From positions 1-64,000 of IMG/VR virus record IMGVR_UViG_2595698964_000001: 64,000 nt of DNA. One strand, 5' to 3'. The stretch comes from a virus. Its lineage: Duplodnaviria; Caudoviricetes. This document shows, in pieces, positions 1 through 12,018 of the stretch. Within the stretch, counting starts at the first letter, position 1, and every line of letters starts with the position of its first letter. The translations under genes and the position numbers were made by a program. Below the pieces are notes generated by a model. It did no database searches. It saw nothing but the letters and a program-made list of their open reading frames with translations, and was not told the DNA's origin.

Positions 1-41
1 TTTAATATAATGAAGCACAGTAAATACTGTTGAGAGGATGA

Positions 42-818
42 GTGATGATGGCGAAGAGACCTAAAAAGACAAAACTACAGATGTTACTGGAGTGGCCAAA
101 GAGGGCTATTGTAGATAAAATGTTAGATGACGGAGAGAGTCCGAATAAGGTAGCTGCGTGGATAAATGAGCAAGGATTAGAGATAAGCGTGCCTACTGTA
201 TACAACTATCAGAAGAAGCGTAAAGAGGCGATAATGAAGGATGTGAAGCTTGAGCAGCTCATAGATAAGAGGAAGGAGAACGGGCAGAACCTAAAGAAGG
301 CGCATAGTGTAAAGAGTAAGAAGGCGAAGAAGAAAGCGTTGGAGAGTAAGAAGGAGCCTGATGAGTCGTTCAAGAGTAAGATCGCTAAAGAGAGCGCTGA
401 GCTCAAGCAGGGTATGAGCAAAGAGTCCCGTAAGCAGTATGCGAAAGAAGTGAAGCGTATTAAGAGTGAGGCTGAGATACTTGATCGTATTATAGACTTA
501 GGAGGACAGACTCTGGAGCGCATGGAGGTCATCTCCCCTGATATGGCGTTGAAAGCAATCAAGCTTAAGCATGACCTTACTGGTGGAGAGCATAATGGGC
601 TTACTGTATATGGTATAGAGGAGCTACGACTAAGAGAGGCTGCGTTGGAGTCTGCTTTGACTGCTGTAATGCTGAAGTATGTACCGGAAGAACAGCATGA
701 GGCCATGCTTACTGATATGGAGAAGTCTATGGAAGAATACTATGAGTCTATCGGTATGGGTGATGAGTATAAGCGTATGGTTGAGATGGAGCTCGCAGGA
801 GAAGGCGATGAAGCGTGA
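42..818 (+). CDS. Conserved phage protein with N-terminal HTH-like domain (possible DNA-binding/packaging protein)
   Basis: 258 aa ORF with RBS (GAGAGG). N-terminal VDKMLDDGESPNKVAAWINEQGLEISVPTVYNY is HTH-like and resembles a conserved SPO1/Twort-like phage protein from memory. Confidence 0.55.
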   Translation: MMMAKRPKKTKLQMLLEWPKRAIVDKMLDDGESPNKVAAWINEQGLEISVPTVYNYQKKRKEAIMKDVKLEQLIDKRKENGQNLKKAHSVKSKKAKKKALESKKEPDESFKSKIAKESAELKQGMSKESRKQYAKEVKRIKSEAEILDRIIDLGGQTLERMEVISPDMALKAIKLKHDLTGGEHNGLTVYGIEELRLREAALESALTAVMLKYVPEEQHEAMLTDMEKSMEEYYESIGMGDEYKRMVEMELAGEGDEA

Positions 819-2078
819 TTTAAGGAGGAGAGTACATGCCAACGTACTATACAATTATGGGAGCGTCCCCTGTAATGAGAAGGAAGATGGATGTGGAGTT
901 TAAGAGAGTAGGATTCAAGAATATCAAGGAGAAACGATGGTTCCTGAATAAAGTACTGGGTAAAGCTCCTTACATGAGTAGTATGTCTATTGTAGACATG
1001 TCTAAAGTCATTACTGAGCTACAGAAGTATGAAGATGTTAGTGATATTGAGGATAACACATAATGTATGTAACTAATATAACCTGTCGTAAATGTAAGCG
1101 TCCCGTTGCTGTCTATCAGACTAAGATCAAGATACGCGGGGCGTTTTACTGTAGTAGCTGTTATATAACAAACTTTAAGAGTCTAAGAAGGAGGAAATGG
1201 GATTGGCTGAGAAGACTTGTTGCGTATGTGAAGGAAAGCTTACATGGGCTGAGGTAAAGATTGAGAAATGTGGCTTTATTTACTGTGAGCCTTGTTATGA
1301 AGACACCTATGGGAAGAATATAACAGCTAGTAGTCAGACAGGAGGACAAAGTGATGGCTATGGACACTGATATGTTAAGACGTAACATCTTACAAGAGCT
1401 TCTGGATGTAGAGACTAATTATGAGAGTATTATGAAATCAACTCCGCCTCATGTTAGGTGTGACCTTTTACGTGAGGAGCTAACTAGACTACGTACTGTT
1501 GATGTAATAACAATGGGAATCCCTGAGTTAAAGCACTTTAGTACGAAAGCACGTGAGTTGACTTGTAAGATTACGGACGTATTATATGCTGATGGAGGGA
1601 TTCACTGATGGGACAATTTAAAACGTTTGTGAAAGAGTATCCATGGGTTGTCGTTGCATACATCACGTTTTGCGTATTGATTATACTTATAGGAGTGCAA
1701 CCACAACCACTACACAAAGAGAAACAGGAGGGGACGGATAATGGGTGTAAGCAGATGCAACTATCTGATAATGGGAGCTAATATCGGTTATAAAGAGTTA
1801 GAGCGACAATCAGAACAACATGTTGAGAATAAGCAAATTGGAGAGATTACTTGCCTACCTGACTTTATTTCTGGTAGGTATTTCTATGTAGGGATTGTAT
1901 TGCTGGCTGATGATGAGATGGAGAACGGCTTTGGAGTGGTTAACATCGACCAGCTAGATATGTTGTATAATTTAGAAGCGATAAAGCAACGAGTAAAGGA
2001 CTGGGTATGGAAGCAACACGAGCTCGTTGTAAACCCAGAGTTGATATTGATAACCCATAAGAGCTAGGAGGGACTACA

Positions 2079-2969
2079 TTGAAGTTATACAGAAAATACA
2101 CTTCATTTGGTTATGATCTTTATAGCAAACTTGTAGTGTGCGAGAAAGCGTTGCCTGATAGAGGAATAAAAGAGCTTGACATAATGCAGGTGAGAACAAT
2201 AGACGAAAACAGGATGATCCTCTGTAGAACAGACGAGTATATTAATGGCTACGACTCCTCAGCTGATGTGGTCATAGATGGTACGGAGCTACGCAACCAC
2301 TTTTCTAAGCCTATTAGATGGGATACACTGTCCCGGAGAGAGATCAAACTCCCTGAGACACGACGTAATCCAAAGAGACTTCTAAACCCCTTGAATTGGA
2401 TCAAGAGAGTTCCAGTAGAGTACACCGAGATGGTTGAATATAAGTTCCATGGCCCGCATGTAGATGAGCTGACATCTCTTATAGTTTACTTGAAGATGCT
2501 AGTGAAAGATCATCTAGAGGTGTATCAAGAGTTCCAAGAGTCAATTAGCTACGTCTGCTCAGCATTACGAGAGATTAACAAGAATGACTACTTGATAGAC
2601 ATCTTCCCGAGTAAGATAACTCAAGCAGAGAGTCTTATAAAGGAATACTACAAGTTTGCTATTGCTGTACGTAAGAAGACAGATGTGGAAGTAAAAGAGA
2701 TAGTGAAGCAATCTATTAATAACCACGATGACATGATGAGCCGACTTATAGATGGGATGCAAAAGATTAACTCTGCTCCAAAGCTCTCTATACAGGACGC
2801 CAAGAAGCTTGAGTTCAACCCTCCTGAGAATACCATCCGGGACGCCAATATTTACTTCTCAGAGAACATGAAGAATATAAACGAGACTAATATTAAGACG
2901 ACATCAAAGGAACAACCCGATTATACTAAAGATTCTGTTATAGACAAACTACACAGCGTTGTAGAATAG
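2079..2969 (+). CDS. Hypothetical protein
   Basis: 296 aa ORF with TTG start after GGAGGG RBS. Confidence 0.7.
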   Translation: MKLYRKYTSFGYDLYSKLVVCEKALPDRGIKELDIMQVRTIDENRMILCRTDEYINGYDSSADVVIDGTELRNHFSKPIRWDTLSRREIKLPETRRNPKRLLNPLNWIKRVPVEYTEMVEYKFHGPHVDELTSLIVYLKMLVKDHLEVYQEFQESISYVCSALREINKNDYLIDIFPSKITQAESLIKEYYKFAIAVRKKTDVEVKEIVKQSINNHDDMMSRLIDGMQKINSAPKLSIQDAKKLEFNPPENTIRDANIYFSENMKNINETNIKTTSKEQPDYTKDSVIDKLHSVVE

Positions 2970-3115
2970 GAGGGCATAATGAAGAACGTTGATTTAATTA
3001 TAAAGCTACTTGACTTTGATCTAGACGCGGATGTTGTTGTCTCTTTAGGGGAAGACGTTTTAAGCGATTTCGAGGTAAAAGAAGGGCATGCTGAAGACAA
3101 AATAACGTTGGGAGA

Positions 3116-3346
3116 GTGAGCGTAATAGATTACATTTCTGTTTGGTTAACGTTAGAAGACGTTCATAAGTATAACAAGGGGTATATCGTAGCAGGGTATT
3201 CAGAACCTAAACCGGGACACAGAGTACAGCTTCACGTTCCTTTGAAGCACGTATATAAGTTTACAGATTGGGGTAAAAAGGGCGGAATTGATATAGAGAT
3301 CGTTAATCCTACTAAAATTTGGAAAGAAGGTAATACCAATGAATGA
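3116..3346 (+). CDS. Hypothetical protein (paralog of 8455-8652)
   Basis: 76 aa. Pattern IxY(I/V)SxW(L/V)T...YxxGxIV...PG..(V/I)xLxVP shared with 8455. Confidence 0.65.
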   Translation: MSVIDYISVWLTLEDVHKYNKGYIVAGYSEPKPGHRVQLHVPLKHVYKFTDWGKKGGIDIEIVNPTKIWKEGNTNE

Positions 3347-5383
3347 GCTACATAAAGAGACAGTTGACGAGCTATTATTCAAGCTAGCTGAGTTTGGATA
3401 TGTGAATACAATATACATTAATGGAGATTTCCTGCTAGGTATTCCTATTGAGAAAGATGTGAAGCTTGTCTACGATAAATTGTTATGTAAGTTTGGAATT
3501 GAGACTAGAAGAACGATATACAATATGCATTCTGTATACATCGACCAGCTTATTAGAGAGATCAAGCATACCTCATATGAGGCTAAAGTGTGTAATATGA
3601 TCCTACGTAGAGGCGAAGGGCTGTTGGGAAAGGACTATCGGGTACATGACTAAGCGACGTATAAGAAGAGTATACACTGAGCAGGATTGGGAGAAGAGAA
3701 ACAAATATGTAAAAATAGCAAATATTGTTTGCCTTCCCCTGTACTTTCCGTTTATGGTATTAATGTTGGCTGGTGCTCTAGCTACTGACGTGTTTGATCG
3801 GTTTGCTAGAGTCGTTGAGCTAGGTATCGACAGTTTGTTCTTTAAAGATCACATATATGAGAGGGAGGAGCTTGACGATTGAAACGTTATACAAGTAAGA
3901 CAGTTCTAGCAATGGTTTTTGGTTGGGACAACAATGATATGAATGATTATCGGTACAAAGCAGGGAGAACTGATAAACCTGTGTACACTATAGATGGTGA
4001 CTATTATTGCGCGACTAAGATCGGGAAGAGACCAGCAAAGAGCCTATATGGACTAGATTGGGAATGGAAGAAAGTAGAGTCTAGCTTCGCGGAGTCAATT
4101 GGTTGGCGAGTTTGGAAAGCTAAAGGTTGAAATTTAAAACAGAACGGAGAGATTGAAATGAATTGGAAAATGCCCGATTGGATGGAGAGTTATTGCGGCG
4201 GTGACTACCTAATATACAATAAACAAACAATCGAGACCCACATGAATACGGACTCCACAGTCAATGTATTCAATAACGCTGTACTCGCTCTTATGGTTGT
4301 TGTCACAAAAGCGAGAGTTGAACTACTAGAAAAATTACACAACGAGAACTTATTGAGTGAAAAGAGGATTACAAAGTGAGCGATACAAACGAGGTGTTTA
4401 CTTGGATTGTATACAGAAACGCTAACGGCACTTACAACTCACTAGGTGTAAACGAGCATGGCCAAGTACCTCCACACGCAAGACCCCTTCATACAGACTT
4501 CCAAACGCTACAAGAAGCGTTAACCCACTTTAACAAGGGTTACTTCGTCCCATTAGTCATGCTTACAGAAGAGGAAGAGAATATGCTTTTCTTCGATCAT
4601 TACCCAACAGAGTACGGAGGCTATCAAACCGGGAATAGAGACGTTTGGGGTGTATGGGGTCAAAAGTATCTATTGAAGAAAGTACACGACGGTGAGTGCA
4701 CTTGGTATAAAGTAGGTATGGAGGAGGAAGTATGAATGGAAGAGTTAACTATGTTTGAGGTTAAGATAGACAACCCAACTGAACGCTTAGATGACGCACT
4801 ACTCCAAGAGGGTTTTACCCATAAAGGTAAGCTTTATTATGACTATCCGGTAGTTAGTCACGGAGAGACGCTACTAAAGCGCGTTAGCGCACCTGTTTAT
4901 GAGAAAGATGATAAGTTATATTATGTCTCTTCCATAACGGGTATGGATTATGGTCTTATCTCGGCTGTTAAGCTTGGTAAAGCATCGAATAAAAAATACA
5001 GAAATCCAATATTCGTGGATAGTTCTTATGAAGGTGAACTATCAAAAGACCTCGATATGTTTCTTTCTCTTGACGACCACGAGCTATTGCACAAGTTTAA
5101 ATGGGGAACTCAAGGCGCTAAGGAGTTCAATAAGTTTATGAGACTTGTTAGGAAGTTGAAGGAGGGACAATATGATCAAGACAATTAGTGCTATGTGTCC
5201 AAAGTGTAAGTGTTTCAACGCGTTTAACGTCCCAAGTCATGTGAACGAGGTAACAGAGATCAACGTACCTTGGTTTCAATGTTCGTTTTGCTTTCAGCTG
5301 TCACCTAGAGATAACTGGACTAGTAAGAAACCTCCGGAGTTTAAGAGCTATACACTAGGCGTTCCGTATAAGGGGGATGAGTA

Positions 5384-5953
5384 ATGGAGGTAAAGATTTA
5401 CTTAGGAGACGCGAACTGTACAACTTGTGGAAGACGACACAAGAAAGTATTTGAGATTGATGGTAAGCCTTATGGGTCATCCTGTGCTAACGAGATACTA
5501 GGGAAGAATCTTAACGCTCCGGTTTGGTTATACGAGCTCGCTGAAGAATGGGTTGTAGACGAAGCTAAGAGGCGTAAGGATCAAATACAAGGGGATTATG
5601 ATTACATCTCTGTAAACTTCTTCAACGAGTACGAGACCCATACCAACTATGATGGCCAAAAACTCTGGAACAAGCCGATAAAAGTGAATGGGAAGACCGT
5701 TAAAGTTGATTGGCAATACGAGATACACGACTATTTAATGAACCGTTGGAGTGAACTAACTATGACTAACACAAAGTATAAACCCATTGTACCTAAATGG
5801 GTCAGCGACATCCTCTGGAAAGAGAAGAATCAAGACCCACTCGCTGCGCTCGGAGAGACGAAGAGATGGGAAGAGTGGAAGCGTAGCTACTCAAGAAAGT
5901 TAAAGTATGCGAGATTGAATGGTTGGATTACTGAGGATGAGGAGAACGAATAA
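5384..5953 (+). CDS. Zn-finger hypothetical protein, possibly fused to a small DUF1642-like C-terminal module
   Basis: CTTC...GSSC motif. C-terminal PIVPKWVSDIL...LNGW segment starts at an internal ATG preceded by GGAGTG. Confidence 0.5.
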   Translation: MEVKIYLGDANCTTCGRRHKKVFEIDGKPYGSSCANEILGKNLNAPVWLYELAEEWVVDEAKRRKDQIQGDYDYISVNFFNEYETHTNYDGQKLWNKPIKVNGKTVKVDWQYEIHDYLMNRWSELTMTNTKYKPIVPKWVSDILWKEKNQDPLAALGETKRWEEWKRSYSRKLKYARLNGWITEDEENE

Positions 5954-6508
5954 TGGAACTCAAGGAGACAAGACATAGATACTACTGTAGTGACCAAAAC
6001 TATCATAAGGCGAACGCGTTAGTTGAGTACGACGACTGGGAAGACTTCAAAGGTAGTTGGTATCATGCTGATAGAGAGCCCGACCACGATCTCAATCACT
6101 GCTTCCGGTTCGACATAACGAAGGATGATAGTGGAGTATACTCTCTTCATTTGTTCTTTATTATACAGAAGAAGGGCGACTTTGTCCCTGTGATTGTTAG
6201 AGGGATTACAGAGGACGATATAGAAGAGGTTGAAGAGTACCTTAACAGCTGTTGGATGTACCTCTGTAGTCAATGGCAAGAAATAATGGCTGCCGATATG
6301 TTTCACCAAAAGCATAAACGTGAAGAGAACGGCGTCCCTATTACAGTACTTAAGAAAAGACTCGAGCAAGAAATAGCTAACAAGTTGGAGCCTAAAGACT
6401 TTTGGGAGTATTCTAATGCTAGTGACTATGAAAGAGACAAAGCGAAGATTGAGGCGAGAATAGAATTGCTTGACGAGCTTATTAGTAATAGTATAGGAGG
6501 AGCCTGTA

Positions 6509-7000
6509 ATGAATGAGGAACAACAGGAACGTATGGAAAAACGTCTTATCCGAATATTTGAAGGTGTAGATGGTACAACTAGAGCTAGTCACTATAATTC
6601 TCCGGGTAACGGGATAAGCCATGTTTACTATCCGGGACATGGCTTCCTGAACTTAGAGGTGAATGATTCTGGGAGAGTTAGTCAAGTTACTCTAGGCTAC
6701 GAAAATAAAGACTACGTAAAAGCGCTTGTACAAGCGCTTACGGCGTTATCAGATGAACTCGATAGAGAAGACCTAAAGAGAAAAGAAACGCTCTCTAAGC
6801 TCAAAGAACGTGTATATACACTATATAAACGTTGTCTAGCTAATGATATACAACTTAGCGCAGAAGAGCTCGACTTGCTGTTATATACGATGGTCGCTGA
6901 AGACTTTGGAGGGACTAGCGACACGTCGATTACTTTTGTTATTTTCAATAAGCTCCAAGAGTTGTTCAAACGTTACGAAGAAGGAGAGGAAAGCAAATGA
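6509..7000 (+). CDS. Hypothetical protein (tandem paralog A)
   Basis: 163 aa. Central and C-terminal helical region aligns by eye with 6997-7470. Confidence 0.7.
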   Translation: MNEEQQERMEKRLIRIFEGVDGTTRASHYNSPGNGISHVYYPGHGFLNLEVNDSGRVSQVTLGYENKDYVKALVQALTALSDELDREDLKRKETLSKLKERVYTLYKRCLANDIQLSAEELDLLLYTMVAEDFGGTSDTSITFVIFNKLQELFKRYEEGEESK

Positions 7001-7470
7001 CTAGTCAATCAAAGGTGATACGAAGCGCCCCTCAAGGAGAAGGACGTGGTGTGGAATACGAACTCAATCTCGACGCAGCGCAGGTTATTGTTGCAGTAAA
7101 GGATGAATGGTTATACTATGACAGAACAGCAACGTCTGCTAAGACTCAGTTAGGCTATGCGGATAGAGATTTTGTAAGACAACTAGTCAAAGACCTTTCT
7201 ACCTTAGTGGAAAGGTTTGACAAAATGGATGAAATTCGTATGGCTGAGCTAAACAAGCTTAAAAAGAAAGCTTTTTATCTTGTTAGAAGCTTCAAGGATG
7301 AAGGCGTTAAACTCACTAAGGATCAAATTGAACTTCTGTTAATGGCGTTAGAACCCGGAGTGCTCGAAGAGCTACCAATTGATCAAGATCGGTATATCGA
7401 GTTGTATTCTCTCGTAGAACAACATAAGAGGGTTTGGAATAGATACGTAACCGAGGACGAAGACCGATGA
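6997..7470 (+). CDS. Hypothetical protein (tandem paralog B)
   Basis: 157 aa. LGY..RDFVRQLV..L..L...FD..D..R...LNKLK pattern shared with 6509-7000. Confidence 0.7.
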   Translation: MTSQSKVIRSAPQGEGRGVEYELNLDAAQVIVAVKDEWLYYDRTATSAKTQLGYADRDFVRQLVKDLSTLVERFDKMDEIRMAELNKLKKKAFYLVRSFKDEGVKLTKDQIELLLMALEPGVLEELPIDQDRYIELYSLVEQHKRVWNRYVTEDEDR

Positions 7471-8454
7471 ATGATATAGAGGAGTTTGCTAGGTTACGTC
7501 GTCGAGTTGATAGACTTATAGAGAAGTGTGACAGAAAAGGAATCGAGATGAATGACATAGAGCTCTCTGCCATTTCAAGAATCGGACACGCCAAGAGTAT
7601 GCACGACGTCTCTTGGCTAGTTATTCAAACAATCGAGAGAACATTGAACAAGTATAAGGTGAGGTGACTGATATGGAATTGAAGAAAGGCGATAAGGTTA
7701 AAATTGGATCAAAGTACGCGGAGGAATACTCTTACTCTCCTATAGTAGACCGTGAGGGTGTTGTAACAGATGTAAGTACTCGTGGCGTACATATACTTGG
7801 TATAGAAATTGACGAAGGAAGAGGAGAAGCGTACAAGCGTATATGGTTTGTTCGCGTAGAGGACTGTTTACCTGTTGATGGAACAGAGGAGGTCTAACGA
7901 TGGACGATAAGCAGATGTGGAAACTAGAAAGGCTAAAAGGTGTAACGAGGGCGTTAGCAGAACTTGATATCGCCCTCAACACGATTTACTCTGATAGAGA
8001 AGGCTATGACGACCTGAAAAAGGTTTACGATCAACTAAAGGAATACAAACATAACTATCTAGACTAATGGAGGAGAAATAGAATGCAAATTCCGTTAAGT
8101 ATCGTTGAAGCAGGGAAGACTGATGAGTATGTAAAGTTACAAAAGCGAGACGCCTACTACATAGAGCTTTACCGAGAAGCATACTCTAAGTCTAGCGCAG
8201 CTACAAAAGAACTTTGCTCTGTAGCGTCTCAAGTGAGACATTACAACGCCGGGATTCCAAACGGTCTCATCATTGAGCTACAGAAAGCGGCCAAAGACTG
8301 CCTAGAAGCAAACAGAAAGGTTGAACATCTAAAGGCGATACGCTCTGTTGTCGAGAATGACATAAAACAGTTGGAAGATGAAGCTACAAAAGGGATGGAG
8401 TAAAGATTTGTAAAATACACTTTGTTAATATAGACTTGGGAAGGGGATGTTGAA

Positions 8455-8652
8455 TTGATTGGCTACGTATCGACTTGGGTAACTGAAGACCAGTATAAAG
8501 ACTATTTGGTTGGTAAAATTGTAACCTGTCAAACTCATAATGACGAACCGCCCGGATGGTTGATTAATTTATTTGTCCCAGTTAACGAGGTACTGACAGT
8601 CTCTTGTGATGACAACGGTTCTACAATCTTGAATGTTAGAAAGGACGGTTAA
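8455..8652 (+). CDS. Hypothetical protein (paralog of 3116-3346)
   Basis: 65 aa, preceded by a class-II promoter motif at 8397-8426. Confidence 0.6.
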   Translation: MIGYVSTWVTEDQYKDYLVGKIVTCQTHNDEPPGWLINLFVPVNEVLTVSCDDNGSTILNVRKDG

Positions 8653-9046
8653 GAAGATGTGTGAATCATATGTCGTTAACATCGAGGAGTTAAAGGGTAA
8701 ATGGCTTACTGAGATAAAAGACTCAGGAGACAACGAATTGTATTTCTATACGTCAGAGGGTGATGTCTACAAAATGTATCACGAACAAGACTGTTGTGAA
8801 GAGGTACGTCTTGAAGAGATTATTGGAGACTTAGGTGACCTTATTGGCTCCCCTATTCTTATGTCTGAAGAGGTTAAAGAGATAGTGAACCTTAATCGAG
8901 ATAACGACCGTGATTGGTCCGAGACTTGGACATTTTATAAGCTAGCTACTGTTAAAGGTTATGTCACTCTTAGATGGTACAGGTCGTCAAATGGATTTTA
9001 TTCAGAGGCTGTCGACTTTGTTATGCTTCATCGAGAGGAGGACTAA
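8633..9046 (+). CDS. Conserved hypothetical phage protein
   Basis: YHEQDCCEEV...GDL.DLIGSPIL...TWTFYKLAT.KGYV..RW..SSNG.YSE pattern recognised as a widespread phage family of unknown function. Confidence 0.6.
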   Translation: MLERTVKKMCESYVVNIEELKGKWLTEIKDSGDNELYFYTSEGDVYKMYHEQDCCEEVRLEEIIGDLGDLIGSPILMSEEVKEIVNLNRDNDRDWSETWTFYKLATVKGYVTLRWYRSSNGFYSEAVDFVMLHREED

Positions 9047-9283
9047 ACATGGAGTTTAAGAAGCCAGAAGGGGCTCACGGGCGGATTCAATGGAAAGGTA
9101 CAGACGTTTGTATGGATGTCTACTGTAAATGCGGCTATCACGGTCATATAGATGAATACTTTGTTTACCATGTTAGATGTCCTAAGTGTAAACGTGTATA
9201 CGCTTGTAACGCTTGGGTAGAACTAAAAGAGCTTTCAGACGAATCGGAGGCAACCCCTCCAATTATTAAGGAGTTACCAGACG

Positions 9284-9451
9284 ATGATTGACACTAACAA
9301 ATGGAGCAACCTCGGAAAGTATTTACGTGAAACAGAGAGCGTTGAGTGTCCTTACTGCGGGAGTAAAGAACGCTTTCCGAAAGGCGAAGTTCCAATGTAC
9401 GTATACTGTGAAGGTTGTTTTCGAAAATATCCGCGCGAGGAGGGTAACTAA
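9284..9451 (+). CDS. Small Zn-ribbon protein (55 aa, absent from the ORF track)
   Basis: Translates MIDTNKWSNLGKYLRETESVECPYCGSKERFPKGEVPMYVYCEGCFRKYPREEGN, with AAGGAG RBS. Fills the gap between neighbours. Confidence 0.7.
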   Translation: MIDTNKWSNLGKYLRETESVECPYCGSKERFPKGEVPMYVYCEGCFRKYPREEGN

Positions 9452-10882
9452 TGAACGCGTATAGAGGACATACATTAGACAAAAGTCAAGCTTCGGCATT
9501 AACGAGCTTAATTGACTATATGAGAGCGTTACAAGAGGCTTATATAGACAGTGACGACATCCAAGACACAGTCGACTCGCTTGTCAAAGAAACGGAAGAG
9601 TTTCTGTATAGTCTAAACGCTATAAACAAGAAAGTATTCTGTACTGAGGAGGATTAGGTATGCAACCAACACCAGTTAAGATACTAGGAGGGCATTTCAA
9701 AGGTTGTGTTGGCTCTATTCAAGGATACTACTATGATAAAGCCATTGTTGTAGTACCGATAAAGGATGTTCCATCAACTACTATCTTACTAAGCTCAAAT
9801 GAGTACAAGACGTTCGAACAGGAGGACAACAATGTACAGAGTTGAACAGATTGTAGAGTATAAGACTTCTGTGGTCTGCGATGGTTGTAGCAAGACTTAT
9901 ACAATTCACCGCGGGAAGACTCCATTAGATTCCAGCGGAAGGGAACAGGCTACGCTCTCAAGGGGCTACACGTTCCGGGAAGAAGGTGGAGTGTTCAAGA
10001 ATTATTGTAGAGCTTGTCAGGAGGTAAGGTTAAATGGGTAGAATGGGTGTTACAATTCAGTTTAGTCCCGGGGAGTCAGTGGAGTTGAACGATGTAGGTC
10101 GATCAGCCAACGGCGGGAAACCCTTCAAAGGTACGGTAGACTCTATTAAAATTGATGAGAACGGAATCTGGTATGCTGTACTGGGTAATTCGGGTGACGA
10201 AAACAGTATGAATTATAGGATTATGGAAAATCTATCAGCTTGGTCTCTTACAAGCCTCGAGAAGAAAAACAACGGTACAATCCTAGACAAAGTGGAGTTA
10301 ATTTGGCCAGATTTAGAAGAGAAAGGGGAACTGTACGCCGTTTGGGATGATGGAACGCGATATGGAATAGTTGATGTCATTGATAACACCTTCTGTGTAG
10401 GTTGGGTTAAGATGTTGACTAAAGAAAGTCTAACCGACATGATGGGGCAATATTGTAAATGCTTTGAAACTTACGAGGACGCATTACAGGAATTCGGAGA
10501 GCGTATTAAAGAGCGTTACGAGGTCAATAGAGATGAATCCCTTTAAGGTAGGCTTCTGGATTTCGCTAGTAGTAATGACGTTACTGATATTCTCTCATCC
10601 GGGTACTAACGGGGGTTACGCAGACAGATTAATTGCGAATCTAGTATTTTACGTTATTATGTACGTCGTTAGTATAGTCGTAATATACCCTTTCTGTCGG
10701 AGGTGAAACATGTCTGATATTCTGATTACAGTCGGCGGTATGTTGTTCTTCTTCGCTACCGGGTTAATGGTTGGTGCGAAGAACTACGCTAGACAACTCC
10801 GTATGGAAATAGAGCGAGGCGATAAGTCGCTGTTTGTGGATGGTGTATGGATTATGATAAATGACAAAAGGTGGGATATTTA

Positions 10883-11356
10883 ATGTTTCAAATTCCTGAG
10901 TTTAGAGTATGGGACAACCGATATGACAAAATGTTTTATGTAAACAAGAGAAACCCTAATATTTATCTAGCGTTTTCTAGTAACGGTTGGAGTTTAGAAG
11001 AGACCGATACATCCTGTTTAATAACAACAAGCTATAGAAAAGAAGACTCTGCTTTAATGCGAGCTACCGATCAAGTGTATACAGCAGAAGACGGATACAT
11101 GGGAGATACTATCTTTGAGGGTGATGTAGTGAAACAGAGAACTGAGCTTATCGCTGGAGACCCTTTCTTGACAACTGATATTACTGGTGTGGTTGTTATG
11201 CTTGAAGGGGAATGGGTAATTGATACAGGTATGACGGCGAAACCTCTTTTCTCTGAAATAGCTATTAATGAGAAATGCGGTAACGTATTTGAACATCGCG
11301 ATATTTGGGACGATCTTTATGACCGTTACGTACAACTTAACAAGGAGAAGGACTAA
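10883..11356 (+). CDS. YopX family protein
   Basis: EFRVWD start, LMRATD, IFEGDVV and terminal GNVFEH motifs are typical of YopX. Confidence 0.8.
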   Translation: MFQIPEFRVWDNRYDKMFYVNKRNPNIYLAFSSNGWSLEETDTSCLITTSYRKEDSALMRATDQVYTAEDGYMGDTIFEGDVVKQRTELIAGDPFLTTDITGVVVMLEGEWVIDTGMTAKPLFSEIAINEKCGNVFEHRDIWDDLYDRYVQLNKEKD

Positions 11357-11691
11357 TGTTTAAGTTTATTTCTCATTGGCTCGAGAGGACGTTTGGTCAC
11401 ACTCACTGTTTCTGCGACAAGAAAATGGATAAGAAACTTGAAGATGGTACTCGCATGATCGTTATGGCTTGTAATAAATGTGGTCTAGAAGATGTGAGGT
11501 TTTTGAATAGTACACCTAAATAAACATGTACAAGGGAGTCAACTATTGAGGTTGACTCTTTTATTATTTAAACGGTGTTTTTACCGTTAGGGGAGGACTA
11601 TGATGGAACCTTGGCTAATTGTATACGCTGGTATTAACTTTTTCTGTGTAGGACTAGTGATCTTTTTCGGTTGGGCTTTTGCTAGAAAGAA

Positions 11692-12018
11692 ATGAGGGGT
11701 GTTACTATGGCTTGTGTAACTTGTCCGTTTGCGTTTACAGATGAATCTGAACAAGTACAGAACTATGGTTGTCTTCCGACTCCTTTCGACATAATTAAAA
11801 TGAAGAGGGAGTCTGGACATAACTGGGCATGTCACTATAACAATAAACAAAAGTGTAAAGGATTTGAGGACTTCGTTAAGTACAACCAAGAAAGTGAATT
11901 CTCTACCGACAAGATGAACGACATAGACACCTCTACTGGAAATCTTATCTCCTACGAGACATGGTGTCACAAGGGCGTTGAAGAAGCTATTAGAGAAGCG
12001 GATGAGAAGGGAGACTAA
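11692..12018 (+). CDS. Cys-rich conserved hypothetical protein
   Basis: CVTCPFAF.DESEQVQNYGCLP...NWACH...CKGF. Confidence 0.6.
   Translation: MRGVTMACVTCPFAFTDESEQVQNYGCLPTPFDIIKMKRESGHNWACHYNNKQKCKGFEDFVKYNQESEFSTDKMNDIDTSTGNLISYETWCHKGVEEAIREADEKGD

Larger units (their letters stand above)
836..10706 (+). other. Dense co-directional cluster of ~30 small hypothetical phage genes
   Basis: Abutting or overlapping ORFs (ATGA/TAATG junctions), each with a GGAGG-type RBS. No recognisable catalytic motifs except several CxxC Zn-ribbons. Confidence 0.8.

Noticed and set aside
209-706. Long antisense ORFs (e.g. 209-706, 11587-12111, 58856-59257, 63218-63532)
   Set aside because: Shadows of well-supported plus-strand genes; Ser/Leu/Phe-rich and lacking RBS.
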